Shown here: in pieces, positions 17,582 through 25,740 of the stretch
How the letters are laid out: every line of letters starts with the position of its first letter
Numbering within the stretch: position 1 is the first letter of the stretch
IMG/VR virus record: IMGVR_UViG_3300022696_000071
Span: 169,748 to 201,166 of that record
DNA from: a virus
Reading direction: 5' to 3' (one strand)
Length of the DNA: 31,419 bases
The notes under the pieces: generated by a model
Databases searched by the model: none
Told to the model about the DNA's origin: nothing
The model's input: the letters and a program-made list of their open reading frames with translations, nothing else
Program-made: the position numbers and the translations under genes

Positions 17582-17660
17582 TGGTGGACCCTGCTGGATT
17601 CGAACCAGCGAATGATCGGTTATGAGCCGATGGCCTTACCAGACTTGGCGAAGGGTCCAC
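17582..17660 (-). tRNA. tRNA-Met (anticodon CAT; elongator-type; could alternatively be lysidine-modified tRNA-Ile2), CCA encoded
   Basis: Acceptor GTGGACC/GGTCCAC, anticodon stem ATCGG/CCGAT with loop CTCATAA, T-arm GCTGG-TTCGAAT-CCAGC, discriminator A, then CCA. Confidence 0.85.
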
Positions 17661-19191
17661 ATAATTAAATTACAATATATCTTGAACTTTAATATGCCTA
17701 TGGAATTTTTATACGAGATGTGGAATGGATATTAAAATCCATCAAATATTAATTCCGTCACATAAATGCATCTCTATCGCAAATGAGTCAGAAAGGAGTT
17801 AGAAACCGACTCATTTACTATCCCTTTTATTTTATTTAGAAATAACCATAACCATTAATGCCGCCAATCGGCAGGGATTCTGTGATTATTCCATAGGCAT
17901 ATTAAAATTTAAGATAACTTATACACACTAAACTGATCATGGGCATGTATGTGGGAGGATGGTATGCGCGTACCATATTCCATATACATGCAAGCGAGTC
18001 TCATGATCAGTTTACTACATATAAATTGAATGATTTGAGTTCCCCAACATTGACAGTTTGCGTCACCGATCAAGGTCTAAGAACTTATTAAGAGAACCCA
18101 AATCAAAGCATTTGCATATATATGCATTAATCTGATCACAAGCCATGATTACGATACGAGAAATAGGATTAAATAATATCGTAATCATTAGAGAGAAGAA
18201 GGGGTTGTCTGCCGCAACCGTAAAGCTCTCAAACTTGTGACCAGATTAATACATATATAAAAGACTCAAATGGGGAAATGGGACAGTTTGAGTGGGTATT
18301 CTACTTTTTACCATCTCCCCATCTGAGAAACCAAATCGGGCACCATCGTTTGTGGCGATTATACATCCGGTATGAATAATAACCGCCGATGCCCTTATCT
18401 TATCGTTATATCAAACTCATATGTGGGTATCACCTCCTTCCTTAATATTTATCCGATTACTCACAGGCCAATCAGTCTTACACTCAACGCCCATGACATA
18501 AAAGCGAAGAGTTGCTGATTGACGACGACTAATATATTCTAATATGATTCCATGCAGGGAGACTCGTTGGTTAGACAATACTCCCTGAATATGACCGATG
18601 ACACATTGCAATGATTAACGTAAATTAATCACCGATCTTTGATTATCTGCACTCATCGCAAAATAATCACGACATCTTACTGCCGTTTTGACACGACCAC
18701 CACAGCCGCGTCTCAATGCATCAATCATGCACATTTACGTGTACTATGATTGTATCGGATTAGCTTTAATCATCCACTACATGGACGACATTTTATCCGA
18801 CAAATGCATGGAACCATATTACAATATACTAATTAAGAGTTGAAGATCTCGTTATTGATTGACTGCCACGAAAATCAACAACAAAATCTTCAATCTCTTT
18901 AAATTGATGAATACAACGTTATCATAATATATAAACCTTATAAGATTTATATACGTTGCTTGAGCCATAGCTTCCCCATCAAGCAACAGATAACGTTGTA
19001 CTCATAGTAAACTGATCGAGCATCGGTGTTTGTAAACGGAATGAACACCAATCTCTTTCGAGTGCATGATGTTCTCGTTTTGCTCGATCAGTTTATAATG
19101 AACACAATCTTGACTCGGCACGAATCAACCAAACGGATTAAATATTGATAAATAAAGATTGTGCTCATTATAAAATCAAAGATTAATTGAG
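17661..19191 (-). ncRNA. ORF-free, GC-elevated (about 40%), hairpin-dense 1.5-kb region inside the tRNA operon; candidate stable structured RNA(s), identity unknown
   Basis: No ORF of 65 aa or more on either strand (the two 60-64 aa track ORFs lack RBS, and one overlaps tRNA-Leu). Many perfect 10-15 bp inverted repeats, including two about 85-nt hairpins at 17931-18014 and 19007-19092. Flanked by co-oriented tRNAs. Confidence 0.35.
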
Positions 19192-19276
19192 TACCGGGAG
19201 CGGGACTCGAACCCGCACGGTCGCAATGACCTCGGATTTTAAGTCCGATATGTAGACCTGATTCCATCATCCCGGC
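19192..19276 (-). tRNA. tRNA-Leu (anticodon TAA), type II long variable arm, no encoded CCA
   Basis: Acceptor GCCGGGA/TCCCGGT (G1-U72 wobble), anticodon stem TCGGA/TCCGA with loop CTTAAAA, variable arm GGTCATTGCGACC, T-arm GCGGG-TTCGAGT-CCCGC, discriminator A. Confidence 0.75.
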
Positions 19277-19336
19277 ACAAAAATCTAAATTGATCTTTGA
19301 TTATAATTTAATATATATAGTCAGTTGAATATATAT

Positions 19337-19663
19337 TTAATCAACAATAAGTTTTTTTATCTTAGCTTTAAGCATGAATTGTCTCAATTCATCTTCGGTT
19401 ACATTTAAAGTTCCAGATTTTATCATATCATTGAAAGCATCATATTTTTCAAATAATCGATCTTCTACACTTATTTTATTCTCATCATTTTTTCTATCTC
19501 TTTCAAGAACAAGATTTGTAAATTCATCAACTATATCATCAGTTGCACAACTGAGTTTGATTATTTTATTTCGATATGCTTCTTCATGTAATCTTGATTG
19601 ACACAGCATAGCAGCCAATATGACATTCGTAACTACACTCACAAATAAAAACAAACTAATCAT
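19337..19663 (-). CDS. hypothetical membrane-anchored protein (N-terminal TM helix, 108 aa)
   Basis: N-terminal hydrophobic segment ISLFLFVSVVTNVILAAML followed by a charged, coiled-coil-like domain. Confidence 0.5.
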   Translation of the reverse strand: MISLFLFVSVVTNVILAAMLCQSRLHEEAYRNKIIKLSCATDDIVDEFTNLVLERDRKNDENKISVEDRLFEKYDAFNDMIKSGTLNVTEDELRQFMLKAKIKKLIVD

Positions 19664-19699
19664 AATAATCTCTCCATTTGTTTGTCCTGCTTGAAAGAA

Positions 19700-20002
19700 T
19701 CAAATAATAAATCCATATTCTATTTTATAAATTATAATATCTATAGTAATTGGATCTTCTAAAACTACTATATGATTATAAGCTTTATTATCGGAACCAA
19801 TTACATCGATGGTTAAAACACACTTAAAACCAATATCTATATCGTTAAAATCATGATATTTATATCTATTAGAATTATATAAATCACTTATAGTTTTATT
19901 TAATAATATAATATTATGAATGTATTCTCTACATGGATCATCTTCATCAAGCATATTATTTAAATATTTTTCAAACTTTGTCTTTTCCATTATTCGCCCC
20001 AT
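19700..20002 (-). CDS. hypothetical protein (100 aa; C-terminal ...KIEYGFII like paralog family end)
   Basis: ORF track. The C-terminal G-F-I-I resembles the family-wide C-terminal motif. Confidence 0.45.
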   Translation of the reverse strand: MGRIMEKTKFEKYLNNMLDEDDPCREYIHNIILLNKTISDLYNSNRYKYHDFNDIDIGFKCVLTIDVIGSDNKAYNHIVVLEDPITIDIIIYKIEYGFII

Positions 20003-20445
20003 TCAGTACTATGAAAATTATTGAATGTTTGAATACCAAGTTCTTTTCTCAATTTCTTATCTCTCATATTTTTATTTTTGATTGTAACTTCATTTGCATA
20101 ATATACTTTCTCTTTTGGTTTATTAATACAATCTATTTTTGATTGTAATTTTTCATATTCTCTAAATAATCTATATCTATCGACTTGTAATTTTTCAGAA
20201 TCAATCATCTTCATCAACATATCATAAGTACCCTTCAATTTATCATATTCATTATTATTCTTTATATTCTTTTCTTCTTCTTTCATGATTATTCTTATAA
20301 GTTCTTCTGATGGTGATAATTCTTTAGTTTTTTTCGATTTATTATTATTAAACATAATTATTAAATGTTTTGTTATATAAATCAGTATAAATCCAAATAT
20401 CCCACCAATCACAAAAACACCAAATTTAATCCAATCCATTTTCAA
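19990..20445 (-). CDS. hypothetical membrane-anchored protein (N-terminal TM, Lys/Glu-rich coiled coil, 151 aa)
   Basis: FGVFVIGGIFGFILIYITKHLII TM segment followed by a highly charged region. Confidence 0.5.
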   Translation of the reverse strand: MKMDWIKFGVFVIGGIFGFILIYITKHLIIMFNNNKSKKTKELSPSEELIRIIMKEEEKNIKNNNEYDKLKGTYDMLMKMIDSEKLQVDRYRLFREYEKLQSKIDCINKPKEKVYYANEVTIKNKNMRDKKLRKELGIQTFNNFHSTEWGE

Positions 20446-20792
20446 CCACCTTTTCTCTTCTTAATATCTTTTAATATATTATCAAACATACGTTTGAAAT
20501 GGTCATTGACTTTCTTTTTTTGAATATCTATCTGATGCTCTAATAGATGTATTGGAACTTCTTCCAATTTAAAAAGTCTTACTTCATCTTTACCATTTCT
20601 TATAGAAAACATAAGTTCATCTTTATGAATATTTCCAGATAAAGAACAAACTACTGATCCATAATCAAATGCATCGGGCCAAATTTCTTGTATTTGTAAT
20701 GATCGTTTTAGCTTAACCATTAAAGCATTCTTTTCATCATTCAGTTCATCTATTCTTTTCATTTTTTCTTCTATTTCTTCAGATCTATTCAT
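20442..20792 (-). CDS. hypothetical protein (116 aa)
   Basis: Start overlaps the upstream gene's stop (ATGA-type coupling). Confidence 0.5.
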   Translation of the reverse strand: MNRSEEIEEKMKRIDELNDEKNALMVKLKRSLQIQEIWPDAFDYGSVVCSLSGNIHKDELMFSIRNGKDEVRLFKLEEVPIHLLEHQIDIQKKKVNDHFKRMFDNILKDIKKRKGG

Positions 20793-20811
20793 TATAACTA
20801 TTCTCCTATAA

Positions 20812-21129
20812 TTATTTAAGTATTAATACTATGCTTCCAGATTCATAAATAACAGTTTCCCCTTTATCTGCTCTATTCTTAATTATTTTATATAATATCC
20901 TCTCCAATTCGACTTGCGCTTTTCTGAGAATATCTCCGTAGTATACCCCTATACTCGGAACAGCAAAAAGTTCCCGTAGAGTTATCTTTTTCGGGGAACG
21001 ATAATTATCACCAACTTCTAATCTATCATATAGTACTATGCTAACAGAACTATCTGGATTATCATCTAATGATAAAACGAAGTTATTTATTTCAGTCACT
21101 ATTCCTTCATCTATAAATATAATCGGCAT
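20812..21129 (-). CDS. hypothetical protein (105 aa)
   Basis: ORF with RBS AAAAAAGGAGG immediately upstream of the ATG. Confidence 0.55.
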   Translation of the reverse strand: MPIIFIDEGIVTEINNFVLSLDDNPDSSVSIVLYDRLEVGDNYRSPKKITLRELFAVPSIGVYYGDILRKAQVELERILYKIIKNRADKGETVIYESGSIVLILK

Positions 21130-21371
21130 ATAAGCCTCCTTTTTTCTATCTCTACAGAAATAAAAATTCTATTGATCTATCATGAGATGCAAATATTTTA
21201 TTACTTTCCATAACTTTAAATATATCGTCTATCTTTCTATTATTATGTTTAATTTTATAATTCGCCAGAGTAGGAAACCCCGTGATCTGCTTTAGCAGTC
21301 GCTGGGTAGTTCACTTTTCCAGATTGTTTCATTAAAATCGTCATTATAAAATCTCCATTAATAAATGAAAA

Positions 21372-21461
21372 TGGTCCTGGGGGAAGGATTCGAACCTTCG
21401 AAGACCATATAGGCCAACGGGTTTACAGCCCGTGTCCTTTGAGCCACTTGGATACCCCAGG
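21372..21461 (-). tRNA. tRNA-Tyr (anticodon GTA), long variable arm, CCA encoded
   Basis: Acceptor CCTGGGG/CCCCAGG, anticodon stem ACGGG/CCCGT with loop CTGTAAA, T-arm GAAGG-TTCGAAT-CCTTC, discriminator A, then CCA. Confidence 0.85.
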
Positions 21462-21467
21462 AAATAA

Positions 21468-21953
21468 TTAAGTTTTTTCGTTATTCAACATATATAGTTT
21501 ATTTTCTATAGCCAATTTATCTCTAATAACTGAATGATCGATTTTAACCCATTTAACAATATTATCAAAAACAACCATCATCGATAATGTTTCTAAATCG
21601 ACTATAGCAAGTTGACCATTTTTAACAGCTTCAACATCACTACGTGCATAACCTTTTCCAGTAAAAAATTCATAATTTCTTGGATCAATATCAAGAAATA
21701 AATATTTTACTGGTTCGTTTTTAGTTATTTCTGCATAATTAGTTTCTTTAATCGGACATCTTATTCTATCACATTTTGTAATCGTATATAATTTATAATC
21801 CAATAAACTGCAGTTTTCTAACCCTATACTATTAACAAGCTTATGTTCACACATATCACTTGTCATGGTTATACCTTTATTCTTTATAATCCATCCCATA
21901 ATAATCCCTTTTTTATATGGAAGTGGCGGCTGGATTTGAACCAGCGAAAACAT
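21468..21953 (-). CDS. hypothetical protein (161 aa)
   Basis: Intact ORF between tRNA-Tyr and tRNA-Gln. Confidence 0.5.
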   Translation of the reverse strand: MFSLVQIQPPLPYKKGIIMGWIIKNKGITMTSDMCEHKLVNSIGLENCSLLDYKLYTITKCDRIRCPIKETNYAEITKNEPVKYLFLDIDPRNYEFFTGKGYARSDVEAVKNGQLAIVDLETLSMMVVFDNIVKWVKIDHSVIRDKLAIENKLYMLNNEKT

Positions 21954-21994
21954 GAGCCAAAATCATGTGTCTTAAACCACTCGACCACGCCACT
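21918..21994 (-). tRNA. tRNA-Gln (anticodon TTG), CCA encoded
   Basis: Continuous 9-bp acceptor helix read as 7-bp AGTGGCG/CGCCACT, U8, anticodon stem CATGA/TCATG with loop TTTTGGC, T-arm GCTGG-TTCAAAT-CCAGC, discriminator U, then CCA. The 3' end overlaps the start region of ORF 21468..21953 by about 36 nt. Confidence 0.75.
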
Positions 21995-22300
21995 TCAGTT
22001 TAAAATAAGCCCACTCGACATACTATATATTTTATCAAAAAGTACACAATCTTTGTCATTTAGATATATAGTATGTCCAAATGACCCATTGTGTAATACT
22101 AATCCAAACGAATAAGTATTATCGTAAACTAAAACTCCATACTCATTGGGTGAACAATATTTAACTCTCATTGTATTATACTTATAATTTCTTTTATAAA
22201 GATCTATGTAACATAAAACATCTCTGATATTATCGGTTAATCTTATCGTCATAATATTACTCCAATATAAGGCCACATGATATATTTTGATAAATGTCAA
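21995..22300 (-). CDS. hypothetical protein, paralog family member (YSFGLVLHNGSF ... SSGLILN-COOH)
   Basis: Family motif comparison. Confidence 0.5.
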   Translation of the reverse strand: MTFIKIYHVALYWSNIMTIRLTDNIRDVLCYIDLYKRNYKYNTMRVKYCSPNEYGVLVYDNTYSFGLVLHNGSFGHTIYLNDKDCVLFDKIYSMSSGLILN

Positions 22301-22508
22301 ATAAAGATATACAACACTTTTCAGTTAATATATGAGTAATACAATATACACCTTCATGCGTATATATATCTATAGATATTGGATATTCATCATTATAATA
22401 TTTAGATTTATAATCGGTAGATGATTTATATACATCAAAATGAGATCCACCACGATCATAAAAATCATGAATGAAATTATCCATAAATTCATTAAATTTT
22501 TTATTCAT
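22257..22508 (-). CDS. hypothetical protein (83 aa; ends ...ISCGLILE)
   Basis: ORF track. Overlaps its neighbours by short distances, so the true start may be internal. Confidence 0.4.
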   Translation of the reverse strand: MNKKFNEFMDNFIHDFYDRGGSHFDVYKSSTDYKSKYYNDEYPISIDIYTHEGVYCITHILTEKCCISLFDIYQNISCGLILE

Positions 22509-22768
22509 ATAATCACCCCATTACATATATTATTCAAAACATTATAAATAGAAATAAATTCAAAACATATCCATTTATTTGTTTGAGAATTAGAAGTATT
22601 AATATTTATAAATGATATAGTAACTATAAATAAATATGGGACATAATACTTATACTTATATTGATTAACTTTTATGTCTACTATATGTTCATAATCATTA
22701 TATTGATTTAATAGACGATCTATATTATTTAATACAACCAGTCGATTATTTCCAATATTTAAAAGCAT
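22505..22768 (-). CDS. hypothetical protein (87 aa; ends ...NNICNGVII)
   Basis: ORF track with a family-like C-terminus. Confidence 0.4.
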   Translation of the reverse strand: MLLNIGNNRLVVLNNIDRLLNQYNDYEHIVDIKVNQYKYKYYVPYLFIVTISFININTSNSQTNKWICFEFISIYNVLNNICNGVII

Positions 22769-22789
22769 GATAAATTCCTATTGTATAAT

Positions 22790-23098
22790 TTATATAAAAA
22801 CACCATTATCATATAATCTATCAACTATATTATTAAATAATATTCCATTATAGATAAGATACCCATTTAAAAATATACAACCAGATGGGTTAGAATCTTT
22901 GCGTCTATGTTTCATTCTAACTATAAATATTTCAACCACCCGATTATTATTATCATAAAACTTTTGACAGTTATTTGATTCAACTTCAAAAGTAACATCA
23001 TAAAAGTTATCATCGAATCTTTCAGGATTAAAAGAATATTCAATAGAATAAGTATTATACACTCTATCTCGTGAACGTAAAATCATATAGTCACCCAA
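22790..23098 (-). CDS. hypothetical protein, paralog family member (CIFLNGYLIYNG ... YDNGVFI-COOH)
   Basis: Family motif comparison. Confidence 0.5.
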   Translation of the reverse strand: MGDYMILRSRDRVYNTYSIEYSFNPERFDDNFYDVTFEVESNNCQKFYDNNNRVVEIFIVRMKHRRKDSNPSGCIFLNGYLIYNGILFNNIVDRLYDNGVFI

Positions 23099-23345
23099 TT
23101 AAATCAAATCCATATAAGTGAATTTGCCCACATTTTGGACATGCTAATATTTTATCGCCCTTTTCTTTTGATGGTTGTTCAGATCCACCTATAGGATTAC
23201 CATCTTTATCTGCATAAATAAATGGGGATAGAGGCGTAAGAATTGAAATATTATCACTTGGTTCTATGAATTTCATTTCATTTCTTTTAAATGTTGCATC
23301 ACACTCATCACATTTGTATACTTTGTCTTGATCTAATTCAGTCAT
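23091..23345 (-). CDS. small zinc-ribbon protein (CDEC ... CPKC), 84 aa
   Basis: Two CxxC pairs about 55 aa apart. Confidence 0.5.
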   Translation of the reverse strand: MTELDQDKVYKCDECDATFKRNEMKFIEPSDNISILTPLSPFIYADKDGNPIGGSEQPSKEKGDKILACPKCGQIHLYGFDLIG

Positions 23346-23375
23346 GATAAATTCTCCATAGTTTAAAATAATGTA

Positions 23376-23447
23376 AGCCCACAGTCAGATTCGAACTGAC
23401 GCATCTGGATTACAAATCCAGCACTCTACCAACTGAGTTATGCGGGC
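23376..23447 (-). tRNA. tRNA-Thr (anticodon TGT), no encoded CCA
   Basis: Acceptor GCCCGCA/TGTGGGC (one G-U), D-arm with AGTTGGTAG, anticodon stem CTGGA/TCCAG with loop TTTGTAA, T-arm GTCAG-TTCGAAT-CTGAC. Confidence 0.85.
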
Positions 23448-23457
23448 TTAAAGGTGT

Positions 23458-23721
23458 TTAAGAAACTTTATAATCATCTCCTATTACACCAATACATTTA
23501 AAATGTTTTGGTATATGTTCTTTTTCTTTCCATAAATATCTATATTGATCTACAAACCACCATTTTGCATCCATCTTTTCAAATTCATCATGCCATTTAT
23601 TCGTTATTGGTGAACATTCTGAACATAATGGCTCTTCTTTCAGCATTCCAATTCTATAGGCATAATCAGTTAAAGCTGTATTCTCTACACATTTACACTT
23701 GGAACACATAAATAATGGCAT
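23458..23721 (-). CDS. small Cys-rich (zinc-binding) protein, 87 aa
   Basis: CSKCKC ... CSEC ... C clusters. Confidence 0.5.
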   Translation of the reverse strand: MPLFMCSKCKCVENTALTDYAYRIGMLKEEPLCSECSPITNKWHDEFEKMDAKWWFVDQYRYLWKEKEHIPKHFKCIGVIGDDYKVS

Positions 23722-23723
23722 GA

Positions 23724-23948
23724 TTATTTCCTCACATATTTTTTTAATTCTTTCAATTTTAGATCTCGTTCACTCTTACTTTCAAAGATTAATGGTTTTC
23801 CTCTTTCTGAAGTATTAAACCATTTTCCGTCTTTTTCGATCTGAGCTTGAATTCCATACATTGGAATATTTCTTTTGGTATCTAACCAATTATATTCTCG
23901 ATAATTCATTACTGTTCTTTCCTTTTCGTCTCCCATATCCAACCACAA
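23724..23948 (-). CDS. hypothetical basic protein (74 aa)
   Basis: ORF track. Immediately follows 23458..23721. Confidence 0.45.
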   Translation of the reverse strand: MWLDMGDEKERTVMNYREYNWLDTKRNIPMYGIQAQIEKDGKWFNTSERGKPLIFESKSERDLKLKELKKYVRK

Positions 23949-24124
23949 TCAGAGCATTTACATTCATAGAAGAAAGACCCATTTCGCTCTTTCATCAAAC
24001 GAATACCATGAATCTGTTTCCAATACACAATGGCTTTCTTATTGCAATTTGGGCATATTATTCTTTTATTCATTAATTTAACCCCTATGCAATATAGTAT
24101 CCCAACAAGTATTACCATAATCAT
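23909..24124 (-). CDS. small zinc-ribbon protein (CPNC ... CKCSDC); true start probably the internal Met at 24073 (MNKRIICPNC...)
   Basis: The internal start would abut upstream gene 24078..24278 without overlap. Two Cys pairs. Confidence 0.45.
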   Translation of the reverse strand: MIMVILVGILYCIGVKLMNKRIICPNCNKKAIVYWKQIHGIRLMKERNGSFFYECKCSDCGWIWETKRKEQ

Positions 24125-24278
24125 CGACAGACATAACTTCTTCAGTATCTAAATCAATAATTATTTTATCACCACTTTTTACATCATTCACATCATCTTC
24201 ATCATAATCGAAAGAAAATCCAACATCATCTTGTGTTATGTCTTTATCAATAATCAAATACATAATAATTCTCCTCAT
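24078..24278 (-). CDS. small highly acidic protein (about 60 aa; about one-third of residues are D/E)
   Basis: Sequence ...DKDITQDDVGFSFDYDEDDVNDVKSGDKIIIDLDTEEVMSVDDYGNTCWDTILHRG. Confidence 0.5.
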   Translation of the reverse strand: MRRIIMYLIIDKDITQDDVGFSFDYDEDDVNDVKSGDKIIIDLDTEEVMSVDDYGNTCWDTILHRG

Positions 24279-24310
24279 AATAAATCATATAATATTTATA
24301 GACGCAGAAA

Positions 24311-24340
24311 ATCGGGAAGCATAATAATCAGCTTCCCGAT
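24311..24340 (-). terminator. rho-independent terminator (10-bp perfect stem ATCGGGAAGC/GCTTCCCGAT, then UUUUCUG on the minus transcript)
   Basis: Read directly, 29 nt downstream of the stop of ORF 24369..24992. Confidence 0.65.
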
Positions 24341-24368
24341 AATCTGAAAAATTTGGAAAGATTAATTA

Positions 24369-24992
24369 TTATCTCAGAATGATCTTCATGAAGTAATAAT
24401 AATCATCTTCGACATCTCTCACATCCATGCGAGTATCTGACTTTTTAATTGTGTCTAAAAGATTTCGTTCCGAACACATCTCTTCTATTGATGTCCATAC
24501 TTTTTGATTCATGTATATGGAGTGTTGTTCAGGCAAAAATCGTTTAAATCGCTGAATAAGTCGGTACACTCTTTCTAAATCAATTACAGTAACTGTGAAT
24601 TCATCACCATCAAACAGATTATATGGCACGAATGTGTATTTTGTTCGTTCAACAATTGGACGCTCAAATGGATGAGTTACTTCATGCCTCGTTCTATACC
24701 ATATTGATCTTTCTTCGGCAGTATAGTTTTGAGTACGTTCAGCCATTTCTTGAGAATTGTCAGTCGGATAACATAATGCAAAAGTATTATCTTTGAATTG
24801 ACATCCACGAGCAGCGGAATACGCACGAGAAGCGGAAGGAATATAAAGAGTTGTACCATATCGATTGAAATCTTCAGTGAAGATATCTACGATGGCATCA
24901 GCGTACTCATCTGGTATGTAGTTACACGCGGGATATCCAGTATACTTTACGAGCATGTTTGGCTTGAAATTTAAATTCATTTGCCCCTCCAA
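24369..24992 (-). CDS. hypothetical protein (207 aa; GC content visibly above local background)
   Basis: Intact ORF with RBS GGAGGGG before the ATG. Terminator just downstream. Confidence 0.6.
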   Translation of the reverse strand: MEGQMNLNFKPNMLVKYTGYPACNYIPDEYADAIVDIFTEDFNRYGTTLYIPSASRAYSAARGCQFKDNTFALCYPTDNSQEMAERTQNYTAEERSIWYRTRHEVTHPFERPIVERTKYTFVPYNLFDGDEFTVTVIDLERVYRLIQRFKRFLPEQHSIYMNQKVWTSIEEMCSERNLLDTIKKSDTRMDVRDVEDDYYYFMKIILR

Positions 24993-25008
24993 ATATAATG
25001 ATTTAAAG

Positions 25009-25740
25009 TTATGTTCTGCAATCTACTTTTACAACAGAACAATATCTATCTTCATTATATTTGTCCTCTTCCAATTCTTTAAAATATGAATCGGGGGTAT
25101 CTTCCATATTTAAAAATGATTCATTAACAGACTTATTTAAATCAATCCATATATAGAAAATTTTATTTATTATAATATTTTCATATTGATTATTTCTTAA
25201 ATATTTTAATATAGTTTTTAATATTCTATCGGTGTCTAACTCATATGATATCATTATAGATTTTATATTTTCGGGTTTAAAGTATTCAGAATCTTTTTTA
25301 AATTTTCTACTATTTTTAACCCATGTCCAAACTTTACAAAAGTCAAATTTAGTAATATCTAAATAATTTTTATAAATTACAACTTTCACATACTTTGATA
25401 ACGATAATCTTGGTAAAATTATTTTTACATCAAATGATGCATTAAATATACCAAATTTTCTTGCCATTTTTTCTGATACGTTTATCGATGATACACAATT
25501 AATTTTTGGAGTATTACAAAATATTGTTGCTGGATAATCATAACCATCTTCTTCTTTTACAATATCAACAAAATCTAATCCAATTTTATCGGATGGTGGT
25601 ATATATAAACCATCATGACGTGTACCAATTACATTATCAATAATTCTTTCATCTATAGATGTATCATCTTTATATCTTAAAGTGTATAAAAATATCTTAC
25701 ATCTTTCACTTGGACGATTATTACCCAATAAATCTACCAT
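25009..25740 (-). CDS. hypothetical protein (243 aa)
   Basis: Intact ORF overlapping the upstream gene (ATGGTAG). Confidence 0.55.
   Translation of the reverse strand: MVDLLGNNRPSERCKIFLYTLRYKDDTSIDERIIDNVIGTRHDGLYIPPSDKIGLDFVDIVKEEDGYDYPATIFCNTPKINCVSSINVSEKMARKFGIFNASFDVKIILPRLSLSKYVKVVIYKNYLDITKFDFCKVWTWVKNSRKFKKDSEYFKPENIKSIMISYELDTDRILKTILKYLRNNQYENIIINKIFYIWIDLNKSVNESFLNMEDTPDSYFKELEEDKYNEDRYCSVVKVDCRT

Noticed and set aside
18417-18611. 64-aa minus ORF (MQCVIGHIQGV...) and 60-aa ORF 19088..19270
   Set aside because: No RBS. The second overlaps tRNA-Leu. Both sit inside the hairpin-dense non-coding region and are most likely fortuitous frames.
17661-19191. Looked for tmRNA (tag ORF ending A-A-stop plus tRNA-like T-arm/ACCA end), RNase P RNA P4 motifs (AGGAAAGTCCGG) and group II domain V in the ORF-free region
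   Set aside because: None of these signatures found by eye, so the region is reported only as an unidentified structured-RNA candidate.
21255-21344. 29-aa minus-strand mini-ORF (MTILMKQSGKVNYPATAKADHGVSYSGEL) with GGAG RBS in the GC-richer patch between ORF 20812..21129 and tRNA-Tyr
   Set aside because: Too short to be confident. The local GC-rich patch may instead be an RNA hairpin (CTGCTTTAGCAG). Not listed as a feature.
24369-24992. Possible ADP-ribosyltransferase (T4 Alt/Mod-like) assignment for the 207-aa GC-elevated gene
   Set aside because: Could not find a convincing R / S-T-S / E-x-E triad in the right order. Left as hypothetical.
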